64,000 nucleotides of DNA from a bacterium. Its GTDB lineage: Bacteria > Patescibacteriota > Dojkabacteria > SC72. The first letter of the stretch is position 1. Every line of letters starts with the position of its first letter. The stretch covers positions 73,799 through 137,798 of the forward strand of contig JAJTYH010000002.1 in NCBI GenBank assembly GCA_021463465.1, written 5' to 3'. The notes under the pieces were generated by a model that saw only the letters and a program-made list of their open reading frames with translations, ran no database searches and was not told the origin of the DNA. Made by a program: the position numbers and the translations under genes. Positions 38,018 to 48,615 of the stretch are shown here, piece after piece.

Positions 38018-38585
38018 CTTCTATTAGTTTCAAAATTAAACTAAATGTTTGATACTCATTAATTCTTGAAGTATCTAACACAATATCATTGTACTTCTTT
38101 GGGTTGGAATAATCTATACCGTATAACCTCTCAAATCTGGTTTTATCCTTTTCATAACGTTTCTTAAGATCCTCTAACACTAAACCATAACTTCCACCTA
38201 CTTTTCCTAATTTCCGCTTAACCCTAATTTCAAGATTGCAATCTAACCAAATCTTTACCGTAGTTGAAATTCGATACTTTGAGCTAAAGGCAGCAAATAC
38301 TTTGCTATCAATAAGGATGTTTGGTAAAAAAGAGTATTTCATCAATTTCTTATCCATACTCTTATCCAGCTTTTCCAGCTCAATTTCTGGTGTGTTTTCC
38401 AAAAAAGCCTCGTATGTTTCAAAGCCTTTTGATTTCGCAATATCTCGCATTAAACCGCCGGCGTAAATACGATTAAGTTTAAAATGTGATGCCAACATCT
38501 TAGCAATTGTAGAAGCTCCAGAACCTCCAGGACCACCAACTACCATCAAAATCCCAAGGTTTTTTGGCCTATCACTACTGGACAT
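37995..38585 (-). CDS. P-loop nucleoside monophosphate kinase (cytidylate kinase-like)
   Basis: ILMVVGGPGGSGASTIAKMLA Walker A at N-terminus, 196 aa. Confidence 0.55.
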   Translation of the reverse strand: MSSSDRPKNLGILMVVGGPGGSGASTIAKMLASHFKLNRIYAGGLMRDIAKSKGFETYEAFLENTPEIELEKLDKSMDKKLMKYSFLPNILIDSKVFAAFSSKYRISTTVKIWLDCNLEIRVKRKLGKVGGSYGLVLEDLKKRYEKDKTRFERLYGIDYSNPKKYNDIVLDTSRINEYQTFSLILKLIEDGKYIRK

Positions 38586-38613
38586 AAATTGATAGTATAT
38601 TAATTAATCACTC

Positions 38614-39807
38614 ATGTACAGAAACAGTAAGGCCCTTAAAAAGAAAGAGAGTGCTTTGTCACAAGGACCAGTAAATCGGACACTTCTTTATATATTCGGA
38701 GGGATGATTCTTCTTGGGGTCATAATGGTTTTTGACGCAAGTGTTTACAAAGCCAGTGAACTATTTGGTGATCCTTTTTATTTCCTCAGACAACATATTA
38801 TTTGGCTAGTCTTAGGCGGTATTGCCGGATTTGCGATGTATACTATCGATTATCGAATACTTTCCAAAATCTCTTTTGCATTCCTTTTGATAATAGTTAT
38901 CTTCTTAATATTTGTCCTAATACTGGGAAACGATATAAACGGTGCTAAACGTTGGTTTGAAATTGCTGGACTTACTTTTCAACCCGCCGAATTTGCTAAA
39001 TTGGCAATGGTAATATATCTAGCCTCAATACTATCAAAGGAACCTGACAGAAAGATAACCAGTAACGAAATGTTACTTCAAGCATTCAAATCACGATTAA
39101 TGACCTTTCTTGCTATACTTATCACGATTGTAGTGCTTGTGATGATGGAACCAGATATGGGTACTACAATGATCATTGGACTCACCTCTTTTCTTATCTT
39201 CTTCATTTCAGGCGAAGACCGAATTCACACAATTGGCTCAATATTAGTAGCAGGAGTGATGGGTATAGCAGGGGTAGCGGCTGCAGTTGTAGCACCTTAC
39301 CGCTTTGAACGAATTCGAACCTTTATGCATCTTTTAACTCAGGGGAAAGTTGACAATCCGACGGGTGAAGGTTATCAAATCAGCCAAATTCTTATTGGAA
39401 TAGGATCAAGTGGTTTTTGGGGGAAAGGTTTCGGACAGAGTAGACAACGCTTTGGATATCTTGTAGAAAACACAGCATTTACTGACTCAATTTTTGCGAT
39501 ACTGCTGGAAGAGTTGGGTTTTGCGAGTGCAATTATGTTAGTAATCTTGTGGTTGGTTGTACTGTGGCAAGGCTTTAAAACCTCAATAATGATCGAAGAT
39601 AAATTCGGCAAACTCTTAGTCGCAGGTATAACTATATGGTTAGTTACCCAAGCTCTTCTTAATATGGCAGCTAATGTAGCTCTTATACCACTTACAGGGA
39701 TTCCACTCCCATTTTTAACCTACGGAGGATCTAACACCATTGTCACGCTGGCGGCAGTTGGACTATTATTAAACGTAACCAGATATGCAAAAACAACAAC
39801 TAAATAA
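38614..39807 (+). CDS. ftsW: SEDS-family peptidoglycan glycosyltransferase FtsW/RodA
   Basis: ~10 TM helices, conserved PTGEGYQISQILIGIGSSGFWGKGFGQS and C-terminal LIPLTGIPLPFLTYGGS motifs. Confidence 0.85.
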   Translation: MYRNSKALKKKESALSQGPVNRTLLYIFGGMILLGVIMVFDASVYKASELFGDPFYFLRQHIIWLVLGGIAGFAMYTIDYRILSKISFAFLLIIVIFLIFVLILGNDINGAKRWFEIAGLTFQPAEFAKLAMVIYLASILSKEPDRKITSNEMLLQAFKSRLMTFLAILITIVVLVMMEPDMGTTMIIGLTSFLIFFISGEDRIHTIGSILVAGVMGIAGVAAAVVAPYRFERIRTFMHLLTQGKVDNPTGEGYQISQILIGIGSSGFWGKGFGQSRQRFGYLVENTAFTDSIFAILLEELGFASAIMLVILWLVVLWQGFKTSIMIEDKFGKLLVAGITIWLVTQALLNMAANVALIPLTGIPLPFLTYGGSNTIVTLAAVGLLLNVTRYAKTTTK

Positions 39808-40954
39808 AAAGATAGTATTAACAGGAGGAGGGTCAGGAGGCCACATTTCAGTTGCCATATCATTACTTGCTGAATTAGAAAAACGATATGACAATGTCAA
39901 AGATAAACTTCTATATATAGGAGGAGATTTGGGAATGGAAGGGGAGAAGAATGCCAGGAGTATGGAAGAAAAGAGACTAGAAGGAACTGGGTATGCATTC
40001 TCAAAAATTAGGGCAGGTAAATTTCAAAGAGTACTTACTCCTTCAACAATTCCACTCCTATTTCGAACCATTTTGGGATTTTCTGATGCATACAACTATC
40101 TCAAACAGTTTAAACCGGATTTAGTAATCTCTACAGGAGGTTTCGTGACAGTACCTGTTTCCCTTGCGGCGTCACTACTTAAAATCCCTTTGTATTTACA
40201 TGAGCAAACGGCAGCAGTAGGGCTTAGTAATAGAATTGCAAGCAAGATCGCTAAGAAGATTTTCGTAACATTTCCACAATCTCTAAAATACTTTCCACCA
40301 AACAAAACTAAAATTGTTGGAAATCCTATCAGAGAATCGATTTTCAAGGAGAACCAAGGAACCGAACTTCTTAACGCTCTAAAAATCATGAAAAAAGAAA
40401 ATGAAAACCTACCAATACTCTATGTATCTGGTGGAGGGCAAGGCTCTCATCTTCTAAACATAATAGTAAGAGATGCTTTAGTACACTTGTTAGATAGATA
40501 TCAGATAATCCTACAAACTGGCGATAACCAAACATTAAAAGATTACGAGGTACTTGAAAATGATCGGAAGAAACTCCCTAAAGAAAAACAATCTAGGTTT
40601 TTTATTACCAAATTTGTAACTGATTTTGAAATCGGTAGTGTTTTCAAGCACTGCAACTTATTTATTGGTAGATCAGGGGCAAATACGGTATATGAGCTAG
40701 GGGTGCTAGGAAAACCTTGCATTTTGATACCAATACCATGGGTAACTCACAACGAACAATACAAAAACGCCAGAATTTTAGAAGAAATAGGTCTTGCGAC
40801 AATTTTACCCGAAGGACAATTATCCAGGGAATCTTTGCTTCAGACACTACAAGCCAAAATGAATAGTCTTAAAGGTACGACCTATTCAAATGGCGACAAA
40901 CGATTTAGTGTAGATGCTTCCTCCCAAATCATTGATTCACTAGAGCTCAGCTAG
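39785..40954 (+). CDS. murG: UDP-GlcNAc:lipid I N-acetylglucosaminyltransferase MurG
   Basis: LTGGGSGGHISVAISL N-terminal motif, GT28 C-terminal domain. Confidence 0.85.
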   Translation: MQKQQLNKKIVLTGGGSGGHISVAISLLAELEKRYDNVKDKLLYIGGDLGMEGEKNARSMEEKRLEGTGYAFSKIRAGKFQRVLTPSTIPLLFRTILGFSDAYNYLKQFKPDLVISTGGFVTVPVSLAASLLKIPLYLHEQTAAVGLSNRIASKIAKKIFVTFPQSLKYFPPNKTKIVGNPIRESIFKENQGTELLNALKIMKKENENLPILYVSGGGQGSHLLNIIVRDALVHLLDRYQIILQTGDNQTLKDYEVLENDRKKLPKEKQSRFFITKFVTDFEIGSVFKHCNLFIGRSGANTVYELGVLGKPCILIPIPWVTHNEQYKNARILEEIGLATILPEGQLSRESLLQTLQAKMNSLKGTTYSNGDKRFSVDASSQIIDSLELS

Positions 40955-41048
40955 TTTTCAGTTCTCCCTAAACATTATAAGTCTTCTTATCAATATTTAG
41001 TCCTGTAACGTTTTACTCTTGACCCTGTAACCTAGCGATGATAGCTTA

Positions 41049-41074
41049 GTGGTGAGCAGTGGCATAAAGTGGTG
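41049..41074 (+). promoter_or_regulatory. MraZ operator: three GTGG(T/C)(G/A) direct repeats at 10-bp periodicity upstream of mraZ
   Basis: GTGGTG(41049) ...GTGGCA(41059)...GTGGTG(41069); putative -35 TTGACC at ~41019. Confidence 0.6.
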
Positions 41075-41095
41075 ATTGATGGTAGAGTAAGAAAC

Positions 41096-41536
41096 ATGAT
41101 CATAGGTGAATATCAAAACAGAGTTGGAGACAAGAAACGAATTGCGCTGCCAAAGAAATTTAGAGATGAAATCGGAGATCAATTGATTTTAACAAGAGGC
41201 TACGAAAATTGCCTTGTCATAGTGAATCAGACTATGTGGGAATCAATTGCCAAAGATGTAGTCAGCGGCTCGTTTATAAATAGTAAGATTCGGGAAACCA
41301 GCAGATTCTTAGTCGGAAGTGCTATTGAAGTTGAACTTGATCCGCAGGGAAGATTTGTAATCCCACAACCGTTATTTGATCATGCGCAATTAAACAGTGA
41401 GGTTGTCTTTATAGGACTAGTCAATTGGATAGAGGTTTGGTCAAAAGAGGAATGGGAAAAGAAAATAAACTCCCTTCGCAAAAACAGCTCAGAGATTGCG
41501 GATGAGTTGAGTAATCTCAGTTCAGAAAGTAAATAA
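41096..41536 (+). CDS. mraZ: transcriptional regulator MraZ
   Basis: MIIGEYQNRVGDKKRIALPKKFR conserved N-terminus; duplicated DXXXR-like halves; ORF-track start 41069 overlaps operator. Confidence 0.85.
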   Translation: MIIGEYQNRVGDKKRIALPKKFRDEIGDQLILTRGYENCLVIVNQTMWESIAKDVVSGSFINSKIRETSRFLVGSAIEVELDPQGRFVIPQPLFDHAQLNSEVVFIGLVNWIEVWSKEEWEKKINSLRKNSSEIADELSNLSSESK

Positions 41537-42420
41537 TGACTTCATACCACATTTCAGTATTACTCAATGAGTCTCTGGAAAGTCTAAATATCAGACCTTC
41601 AGGTTTTTACATTGACTGTACTTTAGGTGAGGCTGGTCACAGTATTGAAATTCTAAAAAAGCTGAATAAAGAAGGACTTCTTCTGAGTATCGACCAAGAT
41701 AATGAGGCAATACAGTTTGTAACTCAGAAATACGAGAGAAATCTTGAACAGAGTAGTTGGATTTTAAGGCAAGGAAACTTTGCCTCACTTAAAAAAGTTC
41801 TGGTAGGAATTGATCGCAAACCTGATGGAATCTTAATGGATCTAGGTATATCTTCACGTCAGTTGGCTTTGGAAGGTAGAGGTTTCAGTTATCAAAACGA
41901 AACTGACCCGCTTGACATGCGAATGGATGATGAGCTTAAAGTCCTTGCGACTGATTTACTCAATGTACTTTCGGAAAAACAGCTTACAAAACTTTTTTAC
42001 GAATACGGTGAAGAACGTTATGCACCCCGAATTGCAAAAGCTATTAAAGCTAGTACTAACGGCATTAAGACTGTAGGAGATCTCACATCTCTCATCTACA
42101 AAGTTGTACCGGCAACTGCCCGTAGAGGAGATAGCCATCATCCTGCTCGCAGGGGCTTTCAGGCCCTGCGTATAGCAGTAAATGACGAGCTAGGAGCCTT
42201 AAAACAAGGTTTAGAAGAGAGTTTTGAGCTCTTAAACAGCCAAGGTAGATTAGTAGTCATCACTTTCCACTCCTTAGAGGATCGAATAGTGAAGACATAC
42301 TTCAAATCCTTAGGCACACAAGTCAAACTTTTAGTTGAAGGGCAACCTCCAACGGAAGAAGAAGTTAAATTAAATAAAAGGGCTCATTCAGCCAAATTAA
42401 GAGTTATCGAGAAAATTTAG
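41536..42420 (+). CDS. rsmH: 16S rRNA (cytosine1402-N4)-methyltransferase RsmH
   Basis: HISVLLNESLESLNIRPSGFYIDCTLGEAGHS, SAM-binding fold. Confidence 0.9.
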   Translation: MTSYHISVLLNESLESLNIRPSGFYIDCTLGEAGHSIEILKKLNKEGLLLSIDQDNEAIQFVTQKYERNLEQSSWILRQGNFASLKKVLVGIDRKPDGILMDLGISSRQLALEGRGFSYQNETDPLDMRMDDELKVLATDLLNVLSEKQLTKLFYEYGEERYAPRIAKAIKASTNGIKTVGDLTSLIYKVVPATARRGDSHHPARRGFQALRIAVNDELGALKQGLEESFELLNSQGRLVVITFHSLEDRIVKTYFKSLGTQVKLLVEGQPPTEEEVKLNKRAHSAKLRVIEKI

Positions 42421-42431
42421 TAACTGCACAT

Positions 42432-42773
42432 ATGTCAGACCGACTGAAAAGACAATTAAAACGACGACTATACACCAATACAAAATTTGAGTTGAAGAAT
42501 GTGCCTTTCTTATTTTTTGTTATTTCTGTAGCCTTTTTCTTTGGAACACAACTGTACATTAATTCTATGCTCAGCCCCTTGGGCGGTAAGTTACAATCTT
42601 TAAATACCGAAAAGGACCTACTCCTACAAGAGAATCGTGAGCTTGAAAAAGATTTAGCAAATGCCCAATCAATAACAGTAGTTGAAAACCTTACCAACAA
42701 AAAATACAAATTAAAACCCAGCAGCACGACACAATTGGTATATATAACTACATCGGTTAGCGCTTCAAAGTAA
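42432..42773 (+). CDS. ftsL: cell division protein FtsL-like
   Basis: 113 aa, single TM then coiled coil (LQENRELEKDLANAQ), position between rsmH and ftsI. Confidence 0.6.
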   Translation: MSDRLKRQLKRRLYTNTKFELKNVPFLFFVISVAFFFGTQLYINSMLSPLGGKLQSLNTEKDLLLQENRELEKDLANAQSITVVENLTNKKYKLKPSSTTQLVYITTSVSASK

Positions 42774-42775
42774 CG

Positions 42776-44581
42776 ATGACTAGCTTCCACAGGCGCAAAA
42801 GTCGTGTGACAATCAAAAATTCTAGGATTCAAAACATGCACTATGTCATAGCTGCAGGCTTTATACTTTTCATTGGATTTGGAGTTTTAATTCAAGCCTT
42901 TAGATGGCAAATTGTACAAGGAGACAAGTTCGCTAATCTTGCCAAAGCTCAATATTTAGAAAGTACCGACCAATCAACTACTAGAGGAATAATATATGCC
43001 AATGATGACACAGTACTTGCGGTAGACGAACCTGTATGGGATGTCTATGCCTCTTTAAGCTCACTTCCAGCTGAGCGTGAACTTTTTTTTGAGCACAAAG
43101 ATGAGTACGTGGCTACAGTGGCAGGTATTTTAGCAATGGAAAAAGTATCAATCGACAAAAAGCTTGTTGAAGATTTCATGTACGTAAAACTTAAAGAAAA
43201 TATTGATATAGATAAGAAGAAAGCCTTAGAATCAGCACTTATTTTCCCAACCAAATTCGAAGGATATCATAAGAGTTTTGGTTTTCATTTTGTTAAACAT
43301 GAAGACAGGGTATATCCTAACGGCAAACTTGCTAGCCACCTACTTGGATTCATAGGGAAAAATTCCGAAGGTACTGATGTCGGGCAGTACGGTATAGAAG
43401 GCTTCTATTTCTCGGATATTCTAGGTCAAAATGGTTATACCTATGAAGAGAAAGATTCGCTTGGCAATGTAATTCTAACCTCAGAGTATGATCCGATACT
43501 TCCCAGACAGGGTAAAAGCTTCAAGTTAACTGTAAATCCGGTAATGCAACTAAAAGTTGAGAAGATTTTAAAAAAAAGAGTGATCGAACAACAAGCAAAA
43601 AGCGGCTCAGTAGTTATAATGGACCCAAATACGGGTGGGATTTTGGCAATGGCTAATTATCCAGACTACAATCCGAATGAGTACTGGAAAGTAGGGGAGA
43701 ACTGGATTTTTAGAAACAAAGCAGTTGCTGATGTTTATGAGTATGGATCAGTCCAGAAACCAATCACGGAGGCAATTGCCCTAGAATCAGGCAATGTCAA
43801 GGAGGATTATACCTGTAATGACAAAACAGGGTCATTTAAACTTTATGATAAGACAATCTATACATGGAACAAATTGCCAAGTGGCAAAATTAACTTAAGT
43901 GGCATTCTTGAAAAGTCCAACAACCCTTGCATTGCTCAGGTTGCATTGGAGGCAGGGCATGTCTATTTCTATCCAAAGCTAGGGGAATTCGGAATAGGGA
44001 GGTTTGTGGGCATAGGATTACAAGATGAAGCAACCGGTTACCTTAAACCTTTCGAAGAGTGGACCAAACTCGACCTCGCGACAACAGCCTTTGGACAATC
44101 TGTTGCTGCGACGCCACTTCAAGTAATTTCCGCGATAAGTACAATTGCAAATGAAGGAATCAGAATGAGACCTTACCTCATTTCTGAAGTCAAAGAAGCA
44201 GAAGAAGTGATTGACATTAAACCACAAGTTATTGCCACTCCCATCTCAGCTAAAACTGCAAAAATTGTTAGTAAGAATATGGAAAATGTAGTGAGGAAAG
44301 GTGAACCACGCTCAGTATTTAATTCGCTACTTCCTGATTACAGTATCGCTGGAAAAACTGGTACAGCACAAATTCCAAAAAAAGACGGCCCTGGTTATTA
44401 TGATGATAGAGTAAATGCAACCTTTGTGGGTTTCTCACCCGTACAAGAGGCTAAAATGGTCATGCTGGTAAGGATAGAAGAGCCTAAAACAAGCGCTTTT
44501 GCTGTAACCACGGCTGTACCTGTATGGATAGAGATATATAAGGCTATAGCTGACGACCTGGAAATTGCAAAGACCAGGTGA
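42776..44581 (+). CDS. ftsI: class B penicillin-binding protein (FtsI-like transpeptidase)
   Basis: N-terminal TM, dimerisation domain, SVQK (SxxK) and KTG (IAGKTGTAQ) motifs. Confidence 0.85.
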   Translation: MTSFHRRKSRVTIKNSRIQNMHYVIAAGFILFIGFGVLIQAFRWQIVQGDKFANLAKAQYLESTDQSTTRGIIYANDDTVLAVDEPVWDVYASLSSLPAERELFFEHKDEYVATVAGILAMEKVSIDKKLVEDFMYVKLKENIDIDKKKALESALIFPTKFEGYHKSFGFHFVKHEDRVYPNGKLASHLLGFIGKNSEGTDVGQYGIEGFYFSDILGQNGYTYEEKDSLGNVILTSEYDPILPRQGKSFKLTVNPVMQLKVEKILKKRVIEQQAKSGSVVIMDPNTGGILAMANYPDYNPNEYWKVGENWIFRNKAVADVYEYGSVQKPITEAIALESGNVKEDYTCNDKTGSFKLYDKTIYTWNKLPSGKINLSGILEKSNNPCIAQVALEAGHVYFYPKLGEFGIGRFVGIGLQDEATGYLKPFEEWTKLDLATTAFGQSVAATPLQVISAISTIANEGIRMRPYLISEVKEAEEVIDIKPQVIATPISAKTAKIVSKNMENVVRKGEPRSVFNSLLPDYSIAGKTGTAQIPKKDGPGYYDDRVNATFVGFSPVQEAKMVMLVRIEEPKTSAFAVTTAVPVWIEIYKAIADDLEIAKTR

Positions 44582-44604
44582 GATAATATGTAACAAGAGA
44601 GAAC

Positions 44605-45651
44605 ATGTTTACAGAACTTGAGATTGGAATAATTAGAGATTCATTGGAGGCACTATTCGTAGCTTTCGTTGTGTCAGCTTTTTTCACCCCTTTAATGATT
44701 AACTTTATGTATCGGTTCAGGCAAACTTCCGAAATTAAAGCTAGCAAAGCAGGAATCGACGGAAAAAGTAACGCACTTTTCAGAAAAATTATGAATGTAC
44801 AAGAGACTAACGGTACTCCAAACATGGGAGGTGTGATGATTTTGTTCGTAGTACCAATAGTTTCTTATCTGCTCCTTCCGCTAACACCGATAATGAAGGT
44901 GTTGCTTTTTGGTTTTGTCCTTTTCGGTATATGGGGGTTACTTGATGTATTGTTTACCAATTCAATCAAAGGGAATCCTGAACTTATTGAAAAACAAGAG
45001 AGGTTTGAGTGGCGGATGGGCAAACTTGGAGTAGCAGTACTACTCAACTGTATTGTCACATATTGTCTCTATAAGACTGGCTACTTGACGGATATCGTAA
45101 TCTGGAACGACCTAAGCCTGGTATTTATGCCAATATTAATCCCTATAATAGCTGTCGTTGGTCAATTTGCCATTTATGCCAGCGAACTTACTGATGGGGC
45201 AGATGGATTGATGGTAGGTATAATGGGAGTAATATTTGCAGCTCTTGGTATTGTAACCTATATTGGAGGCGCTACTGAATTTCTTCCTTTCATCTTTATT
45301 GTACTTGGATGTTTAGGTGTTAACCTTTACTTTAATATTCCTCCTGCTAGATTTTGGAACGGTGGACCAGGTGCAATGCCCCTTGGTTTCGCAGCATTTT
45401 TCATTAGTTTGGTGACTAACAATCTAATCCCGTACTTCATAATATCTATAATGACTTGGATTATTCTTGCTTCAAGTATTATCCAAATACTCAGCGTAAA
45501 ATTCTTTAAGAGGCGAGTCTTCAAAATTGCTCCGATACACCATCACTTCCAGGCATTGGGCTGGCCAATGTACAAGGTAGTTATGAGATTTTGGTTATAC
45601 ACAGTTTTCAGTAGTTTGATAGGGATTTTGGTCTCACTGTACCTAATGTAG
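44605..45651 (+). CDS. mraY: phospho-N-acetylmuramoyl-pentapeptide transferase MraY
   Basis: 10 TM helices, GTPNMGG, DGLDGL-like DGADGL, PIHHHF motifs. Confidence 0.9.
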   Translation: MFTELEIGIIRDSLEALFVAFVVSAFFTPLMINFMYRFRQTSEIKASKAGIDGKSNALFRKIMNVQETNGTPNMGGVMILFVVPIVSYLLLPLTPIMKVLLFGFVLFGIWGLLDVLFTNSIKGNPELIEKQERFEWRMGKLGVAVLLNCIVTYCLYKTGYLTDIVIWNDLSLVFMPILIPIIAVVGQFAIYASELTDGADGLMVGIMGVIFAALGIVTYIGGATEFLPFIFIVLGCLGVNLYFNIPPARFWNGGPGAMPLGFAAFFISLVTNNLIPYFIISIMTWIILASSIIQILSVKFFKRRVFKIAPIHHHFQALGWPMYKVVMRFWLYTVFSSLIGILVSLYLM

Positions 45652-45652
45652 A

Positions 45653-46429
45653 TTACTGCTTACAAACCCTATCGTTACTACATTTGGAAACTCCATCCTG
45701 ACACGAGCAGATATTGCATTTATCTGAAGCTGAATATATATCTCCATTTGCATAGATATTCTTTTCATAGTAGCAAAGCGATGCTTTTTCAATCTGCCCA
45801 CTATCATCAAGATAAACGATATCCAAGTCTCTACCATCGTAGTCCCAATCAGTAATTCTGTAATGGACTGATACTGTGCAATCTAATACATAGTTAGTAG
45901 GGGAATTGTTAATCACATTTGTGATGTAAAGTGTATCCTTGGTTAAATAGTACATTCCAACTTGAATCGGAATGCGGGAATCAGCTGAACACTTTTGATG
46001 CTGCTCAATTGTAATATCAATTGATTTGGCTTTGGTTGAGACGCTAACGAATCTAGTTTTAAGAACAAAAGAGTCGAGAGTATCCTTCAATCCTCCTACT
46101 AAATACTTAGGTTTTACTGTCAAATTCTTGCGTGTGAACTTATCGAGGGTAGGTTTAGCAGTATCAGTATCTACTTTCACACAGGTAACTTCTCCACCTT
46201 CACAATTACAAGTAAACCCTTGTTTGTATCCAGGAATTTCTGAGCCAGCAGCAAAAGACTGGTCGTTGAATTTACAACTATTAATTCCAAGTACTTTATC
46301 TAGTGAAATGTATACTAAAAACCCGCCAAAAAACACAAACAGCATTGTAACCACTAATAGGACGAACCTATTGTCTCGCTTGCCCACAGTCTGAGAGTTT
46401 AGCATATATGATAAAATCTGCCTATGCAC
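45653..46429 (-). CDS. Cys-rich membrane-anchored hypothetical protein
   Basis: N-terminal TM, multiple CxC/CxxC pairs (CNCEGGEVTC, CNICSCQDGVSKC). Confidence 0.45.
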   Translation of the reverse strand: MHRQILSYMLNSQTVGKRDNRFVLLVVTMLFVFFGGFLVYISLDKVLGINSCKFNDQSFAAGSEIPGYKQGFTCNCEGGEVTCVKVDTDTAKPTLDKFTRKNLTVKPKYLVGGLKDTLDSFVLKTRFVSVSTKAKSIDITIEQHQKCSADSRIPIQVGMYYLTKDTLYITNVINNSPTNYVLDCTVSVHYRITDWDYDGRDLDIVYLDDSGQIEKASLCYYEKNIYANGDIYSASDKCNICSCQDGVSKCSNDRVCKQ

Positions 46430-47302
46430 GACTCACATGCCCATTTATCTCACACACCTCTCAGAGAAAACTTGATTGAGGTTCTCAAAACTTTTAAGGC
46501 AAAAGGGGGGAAATACGTTCTTAATGTAGCTCTTGACTATGAGACCATGAATGAGGTGATTGCTCAAGCTGTGGAAGCGGAAACCTTGTTCCCACAGACT
46601 GTCTTTAGTTCACTTGGTATTCATCCGGATCATATATCAAGCCTCACCAGCAATTTCCTATATAAAGAGGTCGATAAAGGAATCGCATATCTTGAAGAAA
46701 CAATAATCTCACATAAGAATCGGGTTTTGGCTGTAGGTGAAACTGGGCTTGATTACTTTCATCTCTATAATCGAATCGATATGGGCGAAGAAGAGCGGGA
46801 GAGTCTAATTGAGGCACAGAAGTACAGTTTTAGGAAGCATGTAGAAATAGCGGTTACCCACGACCTACCTCTTACAATCCATACTAGGGATGCCAAAGGA
46901 AGTACAAACTGCACAGCTGATGCCCTTAAAATTTTAGCAACTTCAGGTAAAGGAAAAGCCAGGGGAGTATTTCACAGCTATACAGGTGAACCTCAGTACC
47001 TAAGTGACATCATAGCAATGGGGTTTATGGTGGGTTTTAATGGTATTATTACTTATCCAAACGCTCAGAACGTCAGAGACCTACTCAAACAAACGCCAAT
47101 TGATAAAATTCTGACGGAAACCGATTCTCCGTTTCTTCCACCACAGAGTATCAGGAAATATAAATCCAAGGAAGAGAAGTATTCACAACCGGCTGATGTG
47201 CGGGAAATACTTGATGTCTTAATCAAAACCAAAGACATGGAATCAGATCAGCTTGAAGCTCAACTGAATCAAAACTTCGAAGCGTTATTTCTTGGCAACT
47301 AA
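46424..47302 (+). CDS. tatD: TatD-family metal-dependent DNase/hydrolase
   Basis: MHDSHAHLSH N-terminal His cluster; TIM-barrel hydrolase pattern. Confidence 0.8.
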   Translation: MHDSHAHLSHTPLRENLIEVLKTFKAKGGKYVLNVALDYETMNEVIAQAVEAETLFPQTVFSSLGIHPDHISSLTSNFLYKEVDKGIAYLEETIISHKNRVLAVGETGLDYFHLYNRIDMGEEERESLIEAQKYSFRKHVEIAVTHDLPLTIHTRDAKGSTNCTADALKILATSGKGKARGVFHSYTGEPQYLSDIIAMGFMVGFNGIITYPNAQNVRDLLKQTPIDKILTETDSPFLPPQSIRKYKSKEEKYSQPADVREILDVLIKTKDMESDQLEAQLNQNFEALFLGN

Positions 47303-47968
47303 GACAATATATTCCCCTTTAGGTAAAATCTGTTCGTAAAGTAATATCATATCTACTATGCCCAAGGTATCAACCTTTTCAAACTTCTTAGTAATATCAT
47401 TGATAACACAAACTGTTCGGTTACCTAGAATTGAATAAATCTCTCGTAGCAATTTAAACAACCTGTTAGGAGATTCATATATACATAAGGTTGCATCCAA
47501 ATCCTGACAATCCTTAAGCGCCTTTAGCCTATGCGAATCAGATTTAGGTAAGAATCCAAGAAACAAGAACTTATCCGTTGGAAGACCAGAAACCGAAATC
47601 GCCGCTGTAACGCCACTAGCTCCTGGTATAGCCTCGATGTTATATCCTAATGTTCTCAACTGATTTACCAGTCTATATCCAGGATCGGAAATAGTAGGGG
47701 TACCGGCATCACTAATTAAAGCTAAATCAAGACCCATGTTTAACTTTTCAAGGACTTTGGGCATGATCCTTTCATGATTCTGATCACGATAAGAAATAAG
47801 TGGCGTTTTAATCTCGTACTTTTTCATCAACTTACCCGATTCCCTGGTATCCTCGCACAGTATAAAGGTTGATTCCTTCAAGGAACGAATAGCGCGCAAG
47901 GTTATATCTTCAAGGTTACCTATAGGAGTGGCCACTACCATCAGTTTACCCTTCATTCTGGTATTCAC
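47285..47968 (-). CDS. rsmI: 16S rRNA 2'-O-methyltransferase RsmI
   Basis: GKLMVVATPIGNLEDITLRAIRSLKE tetrapyrrole-methylase fold N-terminus. Confidence 0.8.
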   Translation of the reverse strand: MNTRMKGKLMVVATPIGNLEDITLRAIRSLKESTFILCEDTRESGKLMKKYEIKTPLISYRDQNHERIMPKVLEKLNMGLDLALISDAGTPTISDPGYRLVNQLRTLGYNIEAIPGASGVTAAISVSGLPTDKFLFLGFLPKSDSHRLKALKDCQDLDATLCIYESPNRLFKLLREIYSILGNRTVCVINDITKKFEKVDTLGIVDMILLYEQILPKGEYIVLVAKK

Positions 47969-48596
47969 TTAATTTATGTGCAACATCAACTTTGTAATCA
48001 CCAATCGCAATCCTACGTAATTGGGTCAGATGAGCGTGAGTTCCTAGCACATTTGCTAAATCAGAAGCTAAAGAACGAATGTAGGTTCCACTGCTACAAA
48101 CAATCTCAAATTTTACCATCGGCCAATCATATTTTAACAATTTGAAAGCATAAACAGTAATTCGTTTGGATTTAAGTTCAAATTCAATGCCTTGTCTGGC
48201 TAAATCATAAGCACGCTTACCATTTACATGTTTGGCACTAAATTGAGGAGGGGTCTGTTCAATCTCGCCTACAAATCTCTTCTCAATCATCTCTGCCAAA
48301 TCTGACTCACTAATTTTCTTGGTATCGGTTTCAACTACCTTCCCAGTAGCATCCAAAGTATCAGTAGAGATATTGAATCGGGCAATCGCTAAATATGTTT
48401 TAGAGTAAGTATGAAATAGATCTTGCAGCTTGGTGGACTTACCTAAAAGCAGTATAAGTAGTCCTGTGGCAAAAGGATCAAGCGTCCCAGTATGACCAAT
48501 CTTTATTCCTTTTGGAAAGTGTCTTTTGACGACACGAATTACATCGTAAGAAGTCATACCTTCAGGTTTGTCTACAAGCAAAACTTGCTCATCCAT
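47946..48596 (-). CDS. truB: tRNA pseudouridine(55) synthase TruB
   Basis: VLLVDKPEGMTSYDVI, GHTGTLDPFATGLL catalytic Asp motif; ORF-track start 48716 likely too far upstream. Confidence 0.85.
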   Translation of the reverse strand: MDEQVLLVDKPEGMTSYDVIRVVKRHFPKGIKIGHTGTLDPFATGLLILLLGKSTKLQDLFHTYSKTYLAIARFNISTDTLDATGKVVETDTKKISESDLAEMIEKRFVGEIEQTPPQFSAKHVNGKRAYDLARQGIEFELKSKRITVYAFKLLKYDWPMVKFEIVCSSGTYIRSLASDLANVLGTHAHLTQLRRIAIGDYKVDVAHKLSEYQNEG

Positions 48597-48615
48597 TATG
48601 ATATAATGAGAATAT

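Noticed and set aside
41005-41095. tRNA-like D-arm sequence (tagcttagtggtgagca) suggested a tRNA gene
   Set aside because: No acceptor/anticodon/T-arm cloverleaf can be drawn. The GTGG boxes are better explained as periodic MraZ operator repeats.
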